Part shown: positions 25,641 through 36,253 of the stretch, in pieces | How the letters are laid out: every line of letters begins with the position of its first letter | How positions within the stretch are numbered: the stretch's first letter is position 1 | NCBI GenBank assembly: GCA_965229005.1 | Contig: CBDDIP010000002.1 | Span: 1,014,125 to 1,078,124 of the forward strand | Length of the DNA stretch: 64,000 nucleotides | Source: Ilumatobacteraceae bacterium | GTDB lineage: Bacteria; Actinomycetota; Acidimicrobiia; Acidimicrobiales; Ilumatobacteraceae | Direction of reading: 5' to 3' | The notes under the pieces: model-generated | What the model was told of the DNA's origin: nothing | Seen by the model: the letters and a program-made list of their open reading frames with translations, nothing else | The model's database searches: none | Position numbers and translations under genes: made by a program

Positions 25641-26852
25641 ATGTTGTCTTCCTCTCGTTCTCGTCTCCTGTTCGGCGCGGCCATCGCGCTGGCGGGTCTC
25701 TTCACCACGCTGCAGGCAGCTCAAGCCGATGGGGTGGAGTCGCAACAGGCGAAGGTCGACCGCATCGCCAACCAGCTGGAGGACATCCAGAACCAGATCG
25801 GTCAGCTGGACGAGGACTACGGCGGCGCGATGGACCGCAAGGACGCGCTCGATCAGGAGATCGCCACTGCCGAGATGAAGGTCAGCGCCCAGCAGGGCGA
25901 GCTCACCGCTTTGCAGGATCAGCTGGCCCAGATCGCCATCAACAAGTACACCTCCGGTGGCGGCTTCGAGCTCAGCCCGCTGTTCAGCAGCGCCAGCACG
26001 TACGTCGAGGACCAGCAGCGCACCCAGCTCAACTCAGTCGCGTACGACATCGGTGACGCCGACGCCGACCAGCTACAGGGCTTGATCAGCGACCTGCAGG
26101 ACCAGCGCACCGACCTCGAGGCGAAGCACAAGGAGCTCGATCAGCTGATCGCCACGCTCGACAGCAAGATGGCCGAGGGCCAGAAGCTGGAGACGCAGTA
26201 CAAGGAGATCTACGCGCAGGCGCAGGCCGACCTCGGCGACGCGATCGCCCAGGAGCAGGCCCGCCGCGACGCCGAGATCGTGCAGCAGGCGGTGGCCAAG
26301 GCCAACGCCAACGCAGCCAAGAACAACGTGGTCACCCCGACCACCCAGCCGGCTCGCGGCGGGGGCAACACCGGTGGCGGCACGACGCCCACCACCAACC
26401 CGCCCAACACCGGCGGTGGTAGTGGCGGTGGTGGTGCAACCGGCACGACGAGCCCGCCGACCACTCAGCCGCCGCAGCAGCCCACCGCTCCGCCGCCGTC
26501 GTCGCGTGCCGGCATCGCCGTCGCGGCGGCGTACTCCATGCTCGGCGTCCCGTACGTGGCGTTCAAGGCCGACCCGAGCGTCGGCTTCGACTGCTCCGGG
26601 TTGACGATGTGGGTGTGGGCCAAGGCCGGCGTGTCGTTGCCGCACCAGTCCGGCATGCAGTTCGCCTCGCTCCCGCACGTCACCCAAGCCCAGATCCAGC
26701 CGGGCGACCTGTTGTTCTACAAGAGCCCCATCGGGCACGTGGCCATCTACATCGGCAACGGCCAGTTGATCCACGCTCCTGCCACGGGCAAGCTCGTGTC
26801 GATCTCCACGGTGAACTGGAGCAAGGTCGTCGGCATCGCCCGGCCCGGCTGA
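25641..26852 (+). CDS. RipA-like secreted peptidoglycan endopeptidase (coiled-coil + NlpC/P60)
   Basis: Signal peptide, long coiled-coil, Pro/Gly/Thr linker, C-terminal NlpC/P60 (FDCSGLTMWVWAKAG…GHVAIYIGNGQLIHA). Confidence 0.8.
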   Translation: MLSSSRSRLLFGAAIALAGLFTTLQAAQADGVESQQAKVDRIANQLEDIQNQIGQLDEDYGGAMDRKDALDQEIATAEMKVSAQQGELTALQDQLAQIAINKYTSGGGFELSPLFSSASTYVEDQQRTQLNSVAYDIGDADADQLQGLISDLQDQRTDLEAKHKELDQLIATLDSKMAEGQKLETQYKEIYAQAQADLGDAIAQEQARRDAEIVQQAVAKANANAAKNNVVTPTTQPARGGGNTGGGTTPTTNPPNTGGGSGGGGATGTTSPPTTQPPQQPTAPPPSSRAGIAVAAAYSMLGVPYVAFKADPSVGFDCSGLTMWVWAKAGVSLPHQSGMQFASLPHVTQAQIQPGDLLFYKSPIGHVAIYIGNGQLIHAPATGKLVSISTVNWSKVVGIARPG

Positions 26853-26911
26853 CGCCGGTTCACTAGGCTCGTCCGATCGGCACGTTCAACTCCGTCGACC
26901 CGCTGATCACC

Positions 26912-29116
26912 GTGGCGCCGACGGCGCAGGCGATCGAGCCGTTCACCATCCCTCCGACTGGCTTCCGAGCCGACATCGAGGGACTGCGCGCCGTTGCCGT
27001 GGTGCTGGTGGTCCTGTTCCACGCCGAGATCGGTCCATTCTCCGGCGGGTTCGTCGGCGTCGACGTCTTCTTCGTCGTCTCCGGCTTCCTCATCACCTCG
27101 CTGCTGCTCGGCGAGGTGGCCCGCACCGGCACGATCTCGCTGCCCAACTTCTGGGCCCGCCGGGCGCGGCGCCTGCTGCCCGCGTCGTGCCTCGTCGTGC
27201 TCGTCACCCTGATCGCCGCGCAGTTCCTGTTCCCGCCGTTGCTGCTCGGCGACCTGGCGCGAGACGCGGCAGCCGCATGCGCGTTCTTCGTCAACTACGT
27301 GTTCGCCTTCCGCGAAGCGCACGGCGACGGCGGTTACTTCGACACCGATCTGGCCAAGTCGCCACTGCTGCACTTCTGGTCGCTGGCGGTCGAGGAGCAG
27401 TTCTACGTCGTCTGGCCGCTGATGGTGTGGGGTCTCGCCCGCATCGCCCGTCGGTTGCGCAGCGAGCTGACGCTGGTGATCGCCGTGCTGTGGGCCGGGA
27501 GCGCGGTGGCCAGCCTGTGGCTCACCGATCACGAACGGCCGTGGGCGTTCTACTCGCTTCCGTCGCGAGCGTGGGAGCTGCTCACCGGGGCGCTGCTCGC
27601 CGTGTCGATCGCTTCGCTGCAGCGCATCCGCCGGGCGCTCGTGCTCCCGATGGCCGTGCTCGGTCTGGGGCTCGTGATCGCTGTCTCCGTCGGATACGAC
27701 TCGTCGACGACGTTCCCCGGCGCAACCGCCGCCGTGCCGGTGCTCGGCACCGCGCTGCTGATCGCCGCAGGCTCGTCGCTCGCCGCCCCCGGCGCCCTGC
27801 GCGCCGTGCTCGGCTGGAAGCCGATGGTGTGGATCGGGCAGCGCTCATACGCGATCTACCTGTGGCACTGGCCGGCGCTGGTGCTGATCGCGTCCAAGTG
27901 GGGCCCGCTCTCGGTCGGTGCCCGCGTGGCGGTCGTCGCCGGCTCGGTGGTCGCCGCTGCGCTCAGCCACTGGCTCGTCGAGAACCCGGTGCGGCACTCG
28001 TCGTGGCTGTCCGCGCTCCCGCGGCGCAGCCTGCTCACCGGGGTGTCGCTCCTGGCCGTCACCGCGCTCGTCGCCGGGTTGTTCCTGGCCAACCCGAAGC
28101 GGCTCGAGGGCGGGGGCGATGCGGCGGCCCTGACGCTGCCGGAGCTGAGCATCCCGCCGGCCACGACACCCGTGACGACGCCCGACACCGGCGAGACCCT
28201 GCCCGCTGGCTCGACGCTGCCCGGCGAGACCACGCCGTCGACATCGACCTCGACGACGACCACCGTGCCGGCCGGACCACAGCTCGCCGACCTCGTCGCC
28301 CTGCAGCAGCAGCTGCTCGAACAGGGCCTGACCACCTCGGCGGTCCCGTCGAACCTGCGGCCCAGCCTGAGCAAGGTCCTCGGCGAACTGCCGGCGCTCT
28401 ACGACGACGGCTGTGTGCTCGACCCCGGCCAGACCGACCTGCCGGTGTGCATCTACGGCGACCCGAACTCGTCGACGACGGTTGCCATCCTCGGCGACTC
28501 GCACGCGGCGCACTGGTACCCGGCGCTGCAGAAGATCTCGGTGGCGCGTCACTGGCGGCTGCTCTTCTACTCGAAGAAGGGGTGCCCGCCCTCCGAGCAG
28601 CCGCTGCGCAACAACGCCACCAACGGGTGCAACATCTGGCGCGACCAGGCCCTGGCCAAGATCAACGAGGAGCGTCCGGATCTGATCATCCTCACCGGGT
28701 ACCACTACGAGCCGCCCGACGGCTCTGCCGGTGGCAACACCCTGTGGCGCAACGGGATGACGAAGACGATGACGACGCTCGGCGATCTCGCGACGAAGGT
28801 CGTGATCCTCGGCGACACGCCGACCGAGCAGAACAACATCCCGCAGTGCCTGGCCGAGCACCTGCGCAACGTCGGCGCGTGCGTCAGCCCGCGCAGCGAC
28901 GCGGTGCGGTCACCGCGCCTCGAGGTGGAGGTCGAGCTGGCCGCCCAGTTCGGTGCGCACACGATCGACACCAGCGACTGGCTCTGCACGGCGAAGGCCT
29001 GCCCGGTGATCATCGGCGATCTGCTGATCTACCGCGACCGCAACCACCTCACGCCGCCCGCCTCCGAGGCCTTGGCGCCGTTGCTCGAGGCCGCCCTCGT
29101 CCCACTCGTGACCTGA
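26912..29116 (+). CDS. OatA-like O-acyltransferase: acyltransferase_3 membrane domain fused to C-terminal SGNH/GDSL hydrolase domain
   Basis: N-terminal LRAVAVVLVVLFHAEIGPFSGGFVGVDVFFVVSGFLIT; Thr/Pro linker; C-terminal VAILGDSHAAHWY (SGNH Ser block). Confidence 0.8.
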   Translation: MAPTAQAIEPFTIPPTGFRADIEGLRAVAVVLVVLFHAEIGPFSGGFVGVDVFFVVSGFLITSLLLGEVARTGTISLPNFWARRARRLLPASCLVVLVTLIAAQFLFPPLLLGDLARDAAAACAFFVNYVFAFREAHGDGGYFDTDLAKSPLLHFWSLAVEEQFYVVWPLMVWGLARIARRLRSELTLVIAVLWAGSAVASLWLTDHERPWAFYSLPSRAWELLTGALLAVSIASLQRIRRALVLPMAVLGLGLVIAVSVGYDSSTTFPGATAAVPVLGTALLIAAGSSLAAPGALRAVLGWKPMVWIGQRSYAIYLWHWPALVLIASKWGPLSVGARVAVVAGSVVAAALSHWLVENPVRHSSWLSALPRRSLLTGVSLLAVTALVAGLFLANPKRLEGGGDAAALTLPELSIPPATTPVTTPDTGETLPAGSTLPGETTPSTSTSTTTTVPAGPQLADLVALQQQLLEQGLTTSAVPSNLRPSLSKVLGELPALYDDGCVLDPGQTDLPVCIYGDPNSSTTVAILGDSHAAHWYPALQKISVARHWRLLFYSKKGCPPSEQPLRNNATNGCNIWRDQALAKINEERPDLIILTGYHYEPPDGSAGGNTLWRNGMTKTMTTLGDLATKVVILGDTPTEQNNIPQCLAEHLRNVGACVSPRSDAVRSPRLEVEVELAAQFGAHTIDTSDWLCTAKACPVIIGDLLIYRDRNHLTPPASEALAPLLEAALVPLVT

Positions 29117-29133
29117 GCAGTACGGTGCCCCCG

Positions 29134-30156
29134 ATGAACGGCATCGACATCGAACGAGTCAGCGCCTGGCTGTCGGCCAACGTCGCCGGTGCGGTCGCTC
29201 CGTTCGAGTTCCACCTGATCGCCGGCGGACGCTCGAACCTCACCTTCCGCGTCGTCGGCGTCGACGGCACGCCGTTCGTGCTGCGCCGTCCGCCGCTCGG
29301 GCACGTGCTGGCAACCGCGCACGACATGGCCCGCGAGCACCGGATCATCGCCGCCGTCGGCAAGACCGCCGTGCCGGTTCCGGCAGCGCTCGGCGTGTGC
29401 ACCGACGAGGCCGTCAACGGCGCGCCGTTCTACGTGATGGGCTGGGTCGACGGGGTCGTGCTCGACAGCGTCGACAAGGCGCAGCAGCTCGCGCCCGATC
29501 TGCGCGTCCAGGCGGCTCACCACCTCGTCGACGTGCTCGCCGACCTCCACGCCGTCGACGTCGACGAGGTCGGCCTCGGCGACCTGGCCAAGCGCGAGGG
29601 CTACGTCGAGCGTCAGGTCCGACGCTGGACGTCGCAGTGGGAGAACTCCAAGACGCGCGAACTGCCGGCCATCGACGACGTCGCCAAGCGGCTCGCCGAG
29701 CGGGTGCCGGTGCAGCGCGGCGTGTCGATCGCCCACGGCGACTTCCGCTTCGGCAACTGCCTGACCAACGTCGCCGAGGGGCGCATCGCCGCCGTGCTCG
29801 ATTGGGAGCTGTGCACGCTCGGCGATCCGCTCGCCGATGTCGGCTACCTCGGCGTGTACTGGTTCGACGGCAACTCGGCCAACGTACGTGCCAACGATCC
29901 GACGTCGGCAGGTGGCTTCCCCAGCTACAGCGATCTGCTCGAGCGCTACGAGGCACGCACCGGACGAGACCTCTCGGAGATCCCGTACTACGTCGCCTTC
30001 AGTTGTTGGCGCCTGGCCGTCATCAGCGAGGGCGTCTACGCCCGCTACCTCCACGGGGCGATGGGCGACCAGGGCGACATCGATCTCGACGGCTTCAAGG
30101 TCGGCACGGAGATGCTGGCCGTGCGTGCACTCGACGCGATGAAGAAGCTGTCGTGA
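29134..30156 (+). CDS. phosphotransferase enzyme family protein (APH/ChoK-like kinase)
   Basis: Brenner motif HGDFRFGNCL and downstream D-W-E; ATG at 29134 lies inside a longer fused-frame ORF; stop overlaps the next gene's GTG start. Confidence 0.75.
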   Translation: MNGIDIERVSAWLSANVAGAVAPFEFHLIAGGRSNLTFRVVGVDGTPFVLRRPPLGHVLATAHDMAREHRIIAAVGKTAVPVPAALGVCTDEAVNGAPFYVMGWVDGVVLDSVDKAQQLAPDLRVQAAHHLVDVLADLHAVDVDEVGLGDLAKREGYVERQVRRWTSQWENSKTRELPAIDDVAKRLAERVPVQRGVSIAHGDFRFGNCLTNVAEGRIAAVLDWELCTLGDPLADVGYLGVYWFDGNSANVRANDPTSAGGFPSYSDLLERYEARTGRDLSEIPYYVAFSCWRLAVISEGVYARYLHGAMGDQGDIDLDGFKVGTEMLAVRALDAMKKLS

Positions 30157-30899
30157 GCGCCGTGCTCGACGGGTGGCAGCAGACGTCGTTCAGCGCGGGC
30201 GGGATCACCCACGACGTGTGGAAGCGGGGCAGCGGCCCCGGCGTCGTCGTCATCCACGAGGTGCCCGGCATCACGCCGAAGGTCGCCGCGTTCGCCGACG
30301 AGGTCGTCGGCGCCGGCTTCACCGTGTGGATGCCGTCGCTGCTCGGCACGCCCGGCAAGGAGATGTCCAACGGCTACGGGCTGCAGTCGATGGTCAAGGT
30401 GTGCATCGCCCGCGAGTTCACCAACTGGGCCACGCATCAGACGTCGCCGGTGATCTCCTGGCTGCGAGCGCTGGCCCGCAACCTGCACAACGAGGTCGGC
30501 GGCGTCGGCGTCGGTGCGGTCGGCATGTGCTTCAGCGGGGGCTTCGCGCTCGGGATGATGGTCGACGAGATCATGGTGGCCCCGGTGCTCAGCCAGCCGT
30601 CGCTGCCGTTCGCCTTCGGCAGCGACGAGCGCAAGGGCGACCTCAACCTGTCGCCCGACGACGAGCTCGCCGTCGCCCAGCGCGCCGCCGATGGCTGCCA
30701 GGTGCTCGGGCTGCGCTTCACCGGCGACGCCCTGGTCGGCACGCGCTTCGAGTCGCTGCGCCGTCTGCTCGGTGATGCCTTCATCGCCGTCGAACTGCCC
30801 AGCGCCACCAAGCGCGACCACTCCGTGCTCACCGAGCATCGCGACGCCGCCAGCGTCACTCGCGTCCTCGACTTCTTCCGCGAGAAGCTCCACCCCTGA
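30153..30899 (+). CDS. dienelactone hydrolase family protein
   Basis: Nucleophile elbow with Cys (GMCFSGG), alpha/beta fold length about 248 aa; GTGA start/stop coupling with the kinase gene. Confidence 0.7.
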   Translation: MSAVLDGWQQTSFSAGGITHDVWKRGSGPGVVVIHEVPGITPKVAAFADEVVGAGFTVWMPSLLGTPGKEMSNGYGLQSMVKVCIAREFTNWATHQTSPVISWLRALARNLHNEVGGVGVGAVGMCFSGGFALGMMVDEIMVAPVLSQPSLPFAFGSDERKGDLNLSPDDELAVAQRAADGCQVLGLRFTGDALVGTRFESLRRLLGDAFIAVELPSATKRDHSVLTEHRDAASVTRVLDFFREKLHP

Positions 30900-30906
30900 C
30901 GCGTTT

Positions 30907-30941
30907 GTGCACGAACCGGGAACATGTCCCGGTTCGTGCAC
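30907..30941. terminator. candidate bidirectional factor-independent terminator hairpin between convergent genes
   Basis: Perfect 15-bp GC-rich stem GTGCACGAACCGGGA / TCCCGGTTCGTGCAC with 5-nt loop ACATG; 7 nt after the dienelactone hydrolase stop and 12 nt after the flotillin stop; no clear U-tract. Confidence 0.5.
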
Positions 30942-30953
30942 GAACGGAAGTGG

Positions 30954-33068
30954 TCAGGCGGCGGCCTCGATGGCCGGAGCCTCTGTTGCCGCGGTCTGCG
31001 AGCGCAGCAGCTGCATCAGCGTGGCGGCGAGGCCGTCGAGCGACGACGAACCGCCGCCGGTGACGAGCACCTCGGGCATCACGTTGATGCGCCCTTCGGC
31101 GATCGCCTTGACGACGGCAACCAATGCGGTGGCCGTCTCGCCGAGCGCTTGCTTCTGCGCCTCGAAGCCCTGCGCCGCAGCGATGCCCTGTGCCTCGATG
31201 GCCCGCGCTTCGGCGAGACCGACGGCCTCGGTGCGGGTCGCTTCGGCGAGGCCGAGCGCCTGCACGCGGCTGGCGTCGGCGCCACCGATCGCCTGGATCT
31301 TGGTGGCCTCGGCCTTGCCGAGCACCTCGACCTTCGACGCCTCGGCGCGTGCGACGACCTCCACGTAGGAGGCCTCACCGCGAGCCTGCTCGGCTCGGGC
31401 GTTGGCCTGGTTGTGGTTGATGTCGACGCTCACCTGCGAGGACGCCAGCTGGCCCTGCATGTCCGCGGTGCCGCGTGCCTTCTCGACCTCGATGCGGGCG
31501 GTCTGGGCACGCTGCTGCTCCTCGAACGTGGCCTTCTCCTGCTTGGCGATCTCGCGCTGGGTCAGCACCTCGACGAGCTCCTGTGGGAACTCGACGTCCT
31601 GGATGTAGACGCCACGCGTCTCCACCTCGTAGGCCGACAGGTAGCGGGAGATCGCTTCGAGTGCAGCGATCTGCACCTGCTGGCGGGTCTCGATGAACTG
31701 GATGGCCTCGAGCGCCTGCAGGGTGTTGCGGAAGTGGTTGCCGACGGCGGACTGCAGCACCTCGTTGACGAGGTTCTGCATCGTGCCGACCATGCTGATC
31801 ACCTTCGGCGCCTTCGTGTCCGGCACGTGGATCTGCACCTGCAGGTCGATCTTGAAGACGAAGCCCTCACGGCTCTTGCCCTCGATCGGCGACAGCTGCG
31901 CGTCCAGGTTGTGCGCCTGGCTGACGGCGGCCGCCCAGTTGAGGGTGAGGATGCTCGTCGGCACGATCTCGGCCGCGTAGCAGCGCGGGTTGATCGGGTA
32001 CTTGCCGGTGCGCAGCGGCTCCTGCCAGATGCCGCGGTGGCCCGGGCGGACGATCGAGCCGAACTTGAACTCGGTGCCGCTGGTGTCCAGCGTCGGTTGG
32101 CCGACGAACGCCTTGACCACGGCCACCTGGCCCTGGCGGACGACGAGCATCGGGACGAGCTCGACGCGGATGAGGAACGGGTTGAGCAGGTAGGCGCCGT
32201 AGAGCAGCGGGTCGTGCTGCAGGCCGATGCGCCCGCCGGCGTCCAGGAACTTCTGGAAGTCCTGGTAGTTGTTGTGCTCGCCGTTCTTGTTGCCCAGCAG
32301 CACCTCGATGATCTCCGCGTCGGCGGCCTCGACGGACTCCATCTGCAGCACGTCGTTGAAGCCACCGAGGCGGCTGGCGATGTCGCCGCTGTCGAGCGGC
32401 TCGCCCTCCAGCGCAGTGACGATGCCGATCATGTCCTGCTGGCCGGCAGGGGAGATGACCACGACCTGCAGCTGTGCCGCATCGAGGCCGAACGAGCTGG
32501 TGTCGAGCTGGCGACGCCGAGCGAGCACGTTGAGATCGCTCGACACGGGCAGCCCGTAGACGTTGCTGGCGGTGAGCACGAGGAAGCCCACCGGGTGGAT
32601 CGGCAGCAGGGTGCCGGGAGGCAGCACGGGGCGCTGCACGCCCTTCTGCCCGCCGCCTTCGACGAAGGTGCGCACCGAGGCGAAGTTGCCGAACTCGGAC
32701 TTGTAGACCGCGCTCTTGTTGCCGATCGGCAGATCGCCGCCGACCTGGGCGATGACGACGCCGATCTCACCGGCAGGCACCTGCACCCACGGGTGCCGCT
32801 GCACGCTGTAGACGGGCCACAGCTTGACGCGCAACCCCGGCATCAGCAGCTCGGCCTGGTAGCCGGCTTCGCCGTGGAACGCGATCGGGTCGTCGTCGGT
32901 CAGCCGACGATGCGCCAGACGCTTGTTGACCAGGCCGACCTGCGCCGGCCCGATCAGGACGATGGACTTGAGGAGGACGATCACCGCGAAGAACACGACC
33001 ACCGCAGCGGGGATCAACACGTAGAGGAAGTCCGACAACGGACTCACACGCCTTTCTGGGTTTCCCAC
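30954..33068 (-). CDS. flotillin / SPFH (band-7) family membrane-scaffold protein
   Basis: N-terminal TM, SPFH domain, long Ala/Glu/Gln-rich flotillin coiled-coil repeats (…EAQGIAAAQGFEAQKQALGETATAL…). Confidence 0.8.
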   Translation of the reverse strand: MGNPERRVSPLSDFLYVLIPAAVVVFFAVIVLLKSIVLIGPAQVGLVNKRLAHRRLTDDDPIAFHGEAGYQAELLMPGLRVKLWPVYSVQRHPWVQVPAGEIGVVIAQVGGDLPIGNKSAVYKSEFGNFASVRTFVEGGGQKGVQRPVLPPGTLLPIHPVGFLVLTASNVYGLPVSSDLNVLARRRQLDTSSFGLDAAQLQVVVISPAGQQDMIGIVTALEGEPLDSGDIASRLGGFNDVLQMESVEAADAEIIEVLLGNKNGEHNNYQDFQKFLDAGGRIGLQHDPLLYGAYLLNPFLIRVELVPMLVVRQGQVAVVKAFVGQPTLDTSGTEFKFGSIVRPGHRGIWQEPLRTGKYPINPRCYAAEIVPTSILTLNWAAAVSQAHNLDAQLSPIEGKSREGFVFKIDLQVQIHVPDTKAPKVISMVGTMQNLVNEVLQSAVGNHFRNTLQALEAIQFIETRQQVQIAALEAISRYLSAYEVETRGVYIQDVEFPQELVEVLTQREIAKQEKATFEEQQRAQTARIEVEKARGTADMQGQLASSQVSVDINHNQANARAEQARGEASYVEVVARAEASKVEVLGKAEATKIQAIGGADASRVQALGLAEATRTEAVGLAEARAIEAQGIAAAQGFEAQKQALGETATALVAVVKAIAEGRINVMPEVLVTGGGSSSLDGLAATLMQLLRSQTAATEAPAIEAAA

Positions 33069-33093
33069 CCTTGTATCAGAGTTGTTTGTGCTT

Positions 33094-33116
33094 GTAGCTC
33101 ACTTGTATTGAGCTAC
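33094..33116. promoter_or_regulatory. inverted repeat GTAGCTCA-N7-TGAGCTAC in the AT-richer flotillin upstream region
   Basis: Seen directly; CTTGTA(T/G) occurs three times nearby (33070, 33091, 33102); about 26 bp upstream of the flotillin start. Confidence 0.3.
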
Positions 33117-33153
33117 TTCCACACGTACACCTGGCGTCAAGAGGTGGGCGAGC

Positions 33154-34593
33154 TCAGTACCCGGGCGGTGCCTCGAAGCCGCGCCACTGCTCTTCGAGCA
33201 GGCCGGCGAAGCGCATCGTGGTGCGGTCGCCGAGGTAGGGCCCGATCGCCTGCAGGCCGAGCGGCAGTCCCGTCGGGCCGAGCCCGGCGGGGAACGCGGT
33301 CGCCGGCTGGCCCGTGTGGATCGCCCACATCGGAAAGACGATGTTGTCGCCGTAGTGCACCTGGCGGCCGTCGACGTCGATGACGCGCGTGCTCCACGGG
33401 CCCGGGGTGTGCGGGAAGGCGGCGTCGAGCGCCGTGGGGCAGACGAGGACGTCCCACTGGTCGAAGAACGTGCGCCAGGTGGCGCGATCCCGCTCGCGTC
33501 GTGACAACAGCCCGACGAAGTCGCTGGCGTCGATCCTCGAACCCCGGGCCGACGCCGTGGCGCCGCGATCGCTGCGCGCCTCCGCCCGAGTGGCGTTGCG
33601 CTCCCGCTCCTCGCGCGACTGGCCGAGCGAGGTCATCACCGTCAGCAGCGTCATGTAGTCGCCGAAGTAGCGGTCCTGGTCGAGTGCCGGCATCGCCGCG
33701 CCGACCGTGGCGCCCTGCGCGCCGAGGAACGAGGCCAGCTCGTCGACCTTGGCCTGCATCGCGTCGGACGGTCGGGCGAGCGGTGTGGGCGGCATGATCG
33801 CCACGCGGAAGTCGCGCAGCCGATCGTGCCGCGCCGGCGGGAGGTCGAGCCGCCAGCCGACGTCCTCGCCTTCGCCGGGCCCGGCGACGACGTCGAACAT
33901 CAGCTCCACGTCGCTCATCGAGCGGGCCATCGGACCCTGCACGCCGAGCACCGATGCGGGGTTCTCCACGTCGGCCTTCGGGAACGATCCGGCCCGCGGG
34001 ATGGCGCTCTCCGAGGGGCGGTGCCCGTAGACGCCGCAGTAGGCGGACGGCACGCGGATCGAGCCGCCGATGTCGCTGCCGATCTCCAGTGGTGTCATCC
34101 CGGCGGCCAGCGCCGCGGCGCCGCCCCCGGTGCTCCCGCCAGGCGTGCGGGTGACGTCCCACGGGTTGTTCGTGCGGCCGTAGACCGGACTGTCGGCCTG
34201 CCAGTCGCCGAGCGCGACGGGGATGTTGGTCTTACCGAGCAAGCACACGCCGGCGTCGAACAGGCGGCGGGCGACGACGCCGTCGCGGTCGGGTCGGTGG
34301 TCGGAGAACGCGACGATCCCCGCCGACTGCGGCAGACCGGCGACCTGGGTGGACTCCTTCAGCGTGATCGGCACGCCGAGCAGCGGTGCAGACTCGCCGC
34401 GGGCTCGCGTGGCGTCTGCGCGTGCAGCAGCGTCGCGAGCGCGGTCGAAGGTGCGCACGGGGATCGCGTTGAGCGGGCCGTCCGTTGCCTCGATGCGATC
34501 GATGTGGAGGTCGACCAGTTCGACGGAGCTGAGGTCGCGCCGATCCAACGCAGCCAGCATCTCGGTCGCCGTGGAGAAGGGGCCGACGCTCAT
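33154..34593 (-). CDS. amidase signature (AS) family amidase
   Basis: Gly/Ser-rich AS motif ([14 protein letters not shown]…[19 protein letters not shown]) and catalytic Lys-Ser-Ser context; start ATG overlaps the FadD stop (ATGA). Confidence 0.85.
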   Translation of the reverse strand: MSVGPFSTATEMLAALDRRDLSSVELVDLHIDRIEATDGPLNAIPVRTFDRARDAAARADATRARGESAPLLGVPITLKESTQVAGLPQSAGIVAFSDHRPDRDGVVARRLFDAGVCLLGKTNIPVALGDWQADSPVYGRTNNPWDVTRTPGGSTGGGAAALAAGMTPLEIGSDIGGSIRVPSAYCGVYGHRPSESAIPRAGSFPKADVENPASVLGVQGPMARSMSDVELMFDVVAGPGEGEDVGWRLDLPPARHDRLRDFRVAIMPPTPLARPSDAMQAKVDELASFLGAQGATVGAAMPALDQDRYFGDYMTLLTVMTSLGQSREERERNATRAEARSDRGATASARGSRIDASDFVGLLSRRERDRATWRTFFDQWDVLVCPTALDAAFPHTPGPWSTRVIDVDGRQVHYGDNIVFPMWAIHTGQPATAFPAGLGPTGLPLGLQAIGPYLGDRTTMRFAGLLEEQWRGFEAPPGY

Positions 34594-36218
34594 GACGACG
34601 TGGCGTCGGCGGCGACCTGCTTGGCGGCGCGGTAGTCGGCCTTCCCGTTCGGCGCCCGCGGCACCTGGCTGACGAAGATGACGCGCTTGGGCGCTTTGTA
34701 CCCGGCGAGCTCGGTCTTGACCGACTTGATCACCGTGGCTTCGTCGACGACTGCACCGTCTTCCAATGAGGCAACCGCGGTCACGGCCTGACCGAACTTC
34801 TCGTCGTCGATGCCGACGACGAGGCAGTCGCGTACGCCCTCGACGCGCTTCACGGCTTCCTCGACCTCTTCGGGGAAGACCTTCTCGCCGCCGGAGTTGA
34901 TGACCTGGCTGCCGCGGCCGAGGAGGATCAACGAACCGTCGGCGGCGATCTTGGCCATGTCGCCGGGGAACGAGTAGCGCACGCCGTCGATCACTCGGAA
35001 CGTCGCCGCGGTCTTCGCCTCGTCCTTGAAGTAACCGAGCGGCACGTTGCCGCCGGCGGCGAGCATGCCGACCTCGTCGGAGCCGGGCTGCACCTGCCGA
35101 CCGTCCTCGGTGAACACCTTGGTGTCGGGCATCTGGCTGAACTTGGCCGTACCGGGCGGCAGGCCCTTCATCGAGATGCTGATGCCCATCGATCCCTCGG
35201 TCGATCCCATGGCATCGACGAGCACGGCTTGCTCGATGCGCTCGAGCAGTTCGTCCTTCACCTCGGCGGTCCACATCACGCCACTGGAGATGATCATCTT
35301 CAGCGACGACGTGTCGTACGGCGTGCCTGCCTCCTTGGCTGCGTCGAGGGCGCGGATGATCGGCTTGGCGAAGGCGTCACCGACGATCGTGATCGCCGTC
35401 GCGCGCTCGCTCTGGATCAGCGACAACAGCTCGTCGGCGTCGAGCGAGCGGCTGGTGAGCGTGGCCACTTCGCCGCCGGCGAGGTGGGGGATGAACGCGC
35501 CGAGCCACACGCCGGTGCCGTGCATCAGCGGCGCACAGGGGATGGAGATCAGCCGGTTGCCGGCTTCGGTGGCGGCTTTGACCACCTCGGCGACGTCGGC
35601 GGGGTTGCTGGGTGCGGTGAGGCCGAGCAAGGGGAACCCGCCGGTGATCCATGAGGCGGTCATCCCGCCGATGGCGTACATCACGCCCTTCGGCATGCCG
35701 GTGGTGCCGCCGGTGTAGAGCATGTAGATGTCGTCCTCGGCGCGGGTGATGCGGGGCATCATCGGCTCGCTGTCGATCACGTCGGTGTAGGCGCGGGCGG
35801 CCGGCATCGTGCCGGGGGCGCCGTCGTCGACCTCGATGAACAGGCGCAGCTTCGGCAGCCGATCGGCGATGCGTGCCACCCTGTCGGCGAGCGACGAGTG
35901 GAAGACGAGTGCCTCGGAGTCGCTGTTGTCGAGGAGGTAGACGAGCTCTTCGTCGAGGTACCGGTAGTTGACGTTGATCGGCACGCCGCGCATCTTGAAC
36001 GCGCCGTACTGCGCCTCCAAGTACTCGTTGCCGTTGTACAGGTACAGGGCGATCTTCGAGTTCGGCCCCAGCCCAGCGGCGACGTACGCGCTGGCGACGC
36101 GAGCGGCGCGCTCGTCGTACTCCCTCCACGTTCGGCGCGTGCTCCCGTGCACGAGAGCGGTCTCATCGGGGATCGCGTCAGCGATCGATTCCCACACGGT
36201 TGCATAGTGCATCTCCAT
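34590..36218 (-). CDS. AMP-dependent synthetase/ligase (long-chain fatty-acid-CoA ligase FadD-like)
   Basis: AMP-binding motifs (YTGGTTGMPKGV; …GYG-TE…); start MEMHYATVW at 36218. Confidence 0.85.
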   Translation of the reverse strand: MEMHYATVWESIADAIPDETALVHGSTRRTWREYDERAARVASAYVAAGLGPNSKIALYLYNGNEYLEAQYGAFKMRGVPINVNYRYLDEELVYLLDNSDSEALVFHSSLADRVARIADRLPKLRLFIEVDDGAPGTMPAARAYTDVIDSEPMMPRITRAEDDIYMLYTGGTTGMPKGVMYAIGGMTASWITGGFPLLGLTAPSNPADVAEVVKAATEAGNRLISIPCAPLMHGTGVWLGAFIPHLAGGEVATLTSRSLDADELLSLIQSERATAITIVGDAFAKPIIRALDAAKEAGTPYDTSSLKMIISSGVMWTAEVKDELLERIEQAVLVDAMGSTEGSMGISISMKGLPPGTAKFSQMPDTKVFTEDGRQVQPGSDEVGMLAAGGNVPLGYFKDEAKTAATFRVIDGVRYSFPGDMAKIAADGSLILLGRGSQVINSGGEKVFPEEVEEAVKRVEGVRDCLVVGIDDEKFGQAVTAVASLEDGAVVDEATVIKSVKTELAGYKAPKRVIFVSQVPRAPNGKADYRAAKQVAADATSS

Positions 36219-36253
36219 CACGGCCGATGGTAGGCCGCGCTCCGGGGTGCTGG

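Noticed and set aside
27187-30156. 989-aa + strand ORF
   Set aside because: Frame fusion: only the 3' third (29134-30156, APH-like kinase) shows a protein signature; the 5' two thirds are an out-of-frame reading of the OatA-like gene.
33154-35274. 706-aa - strand ORF treated as one gene
   Set aside because: Upper 227 codons are an alternative frame of the fadD-like gene; the amidase proper starts at ATG 34593 overlapping the fadD stop.
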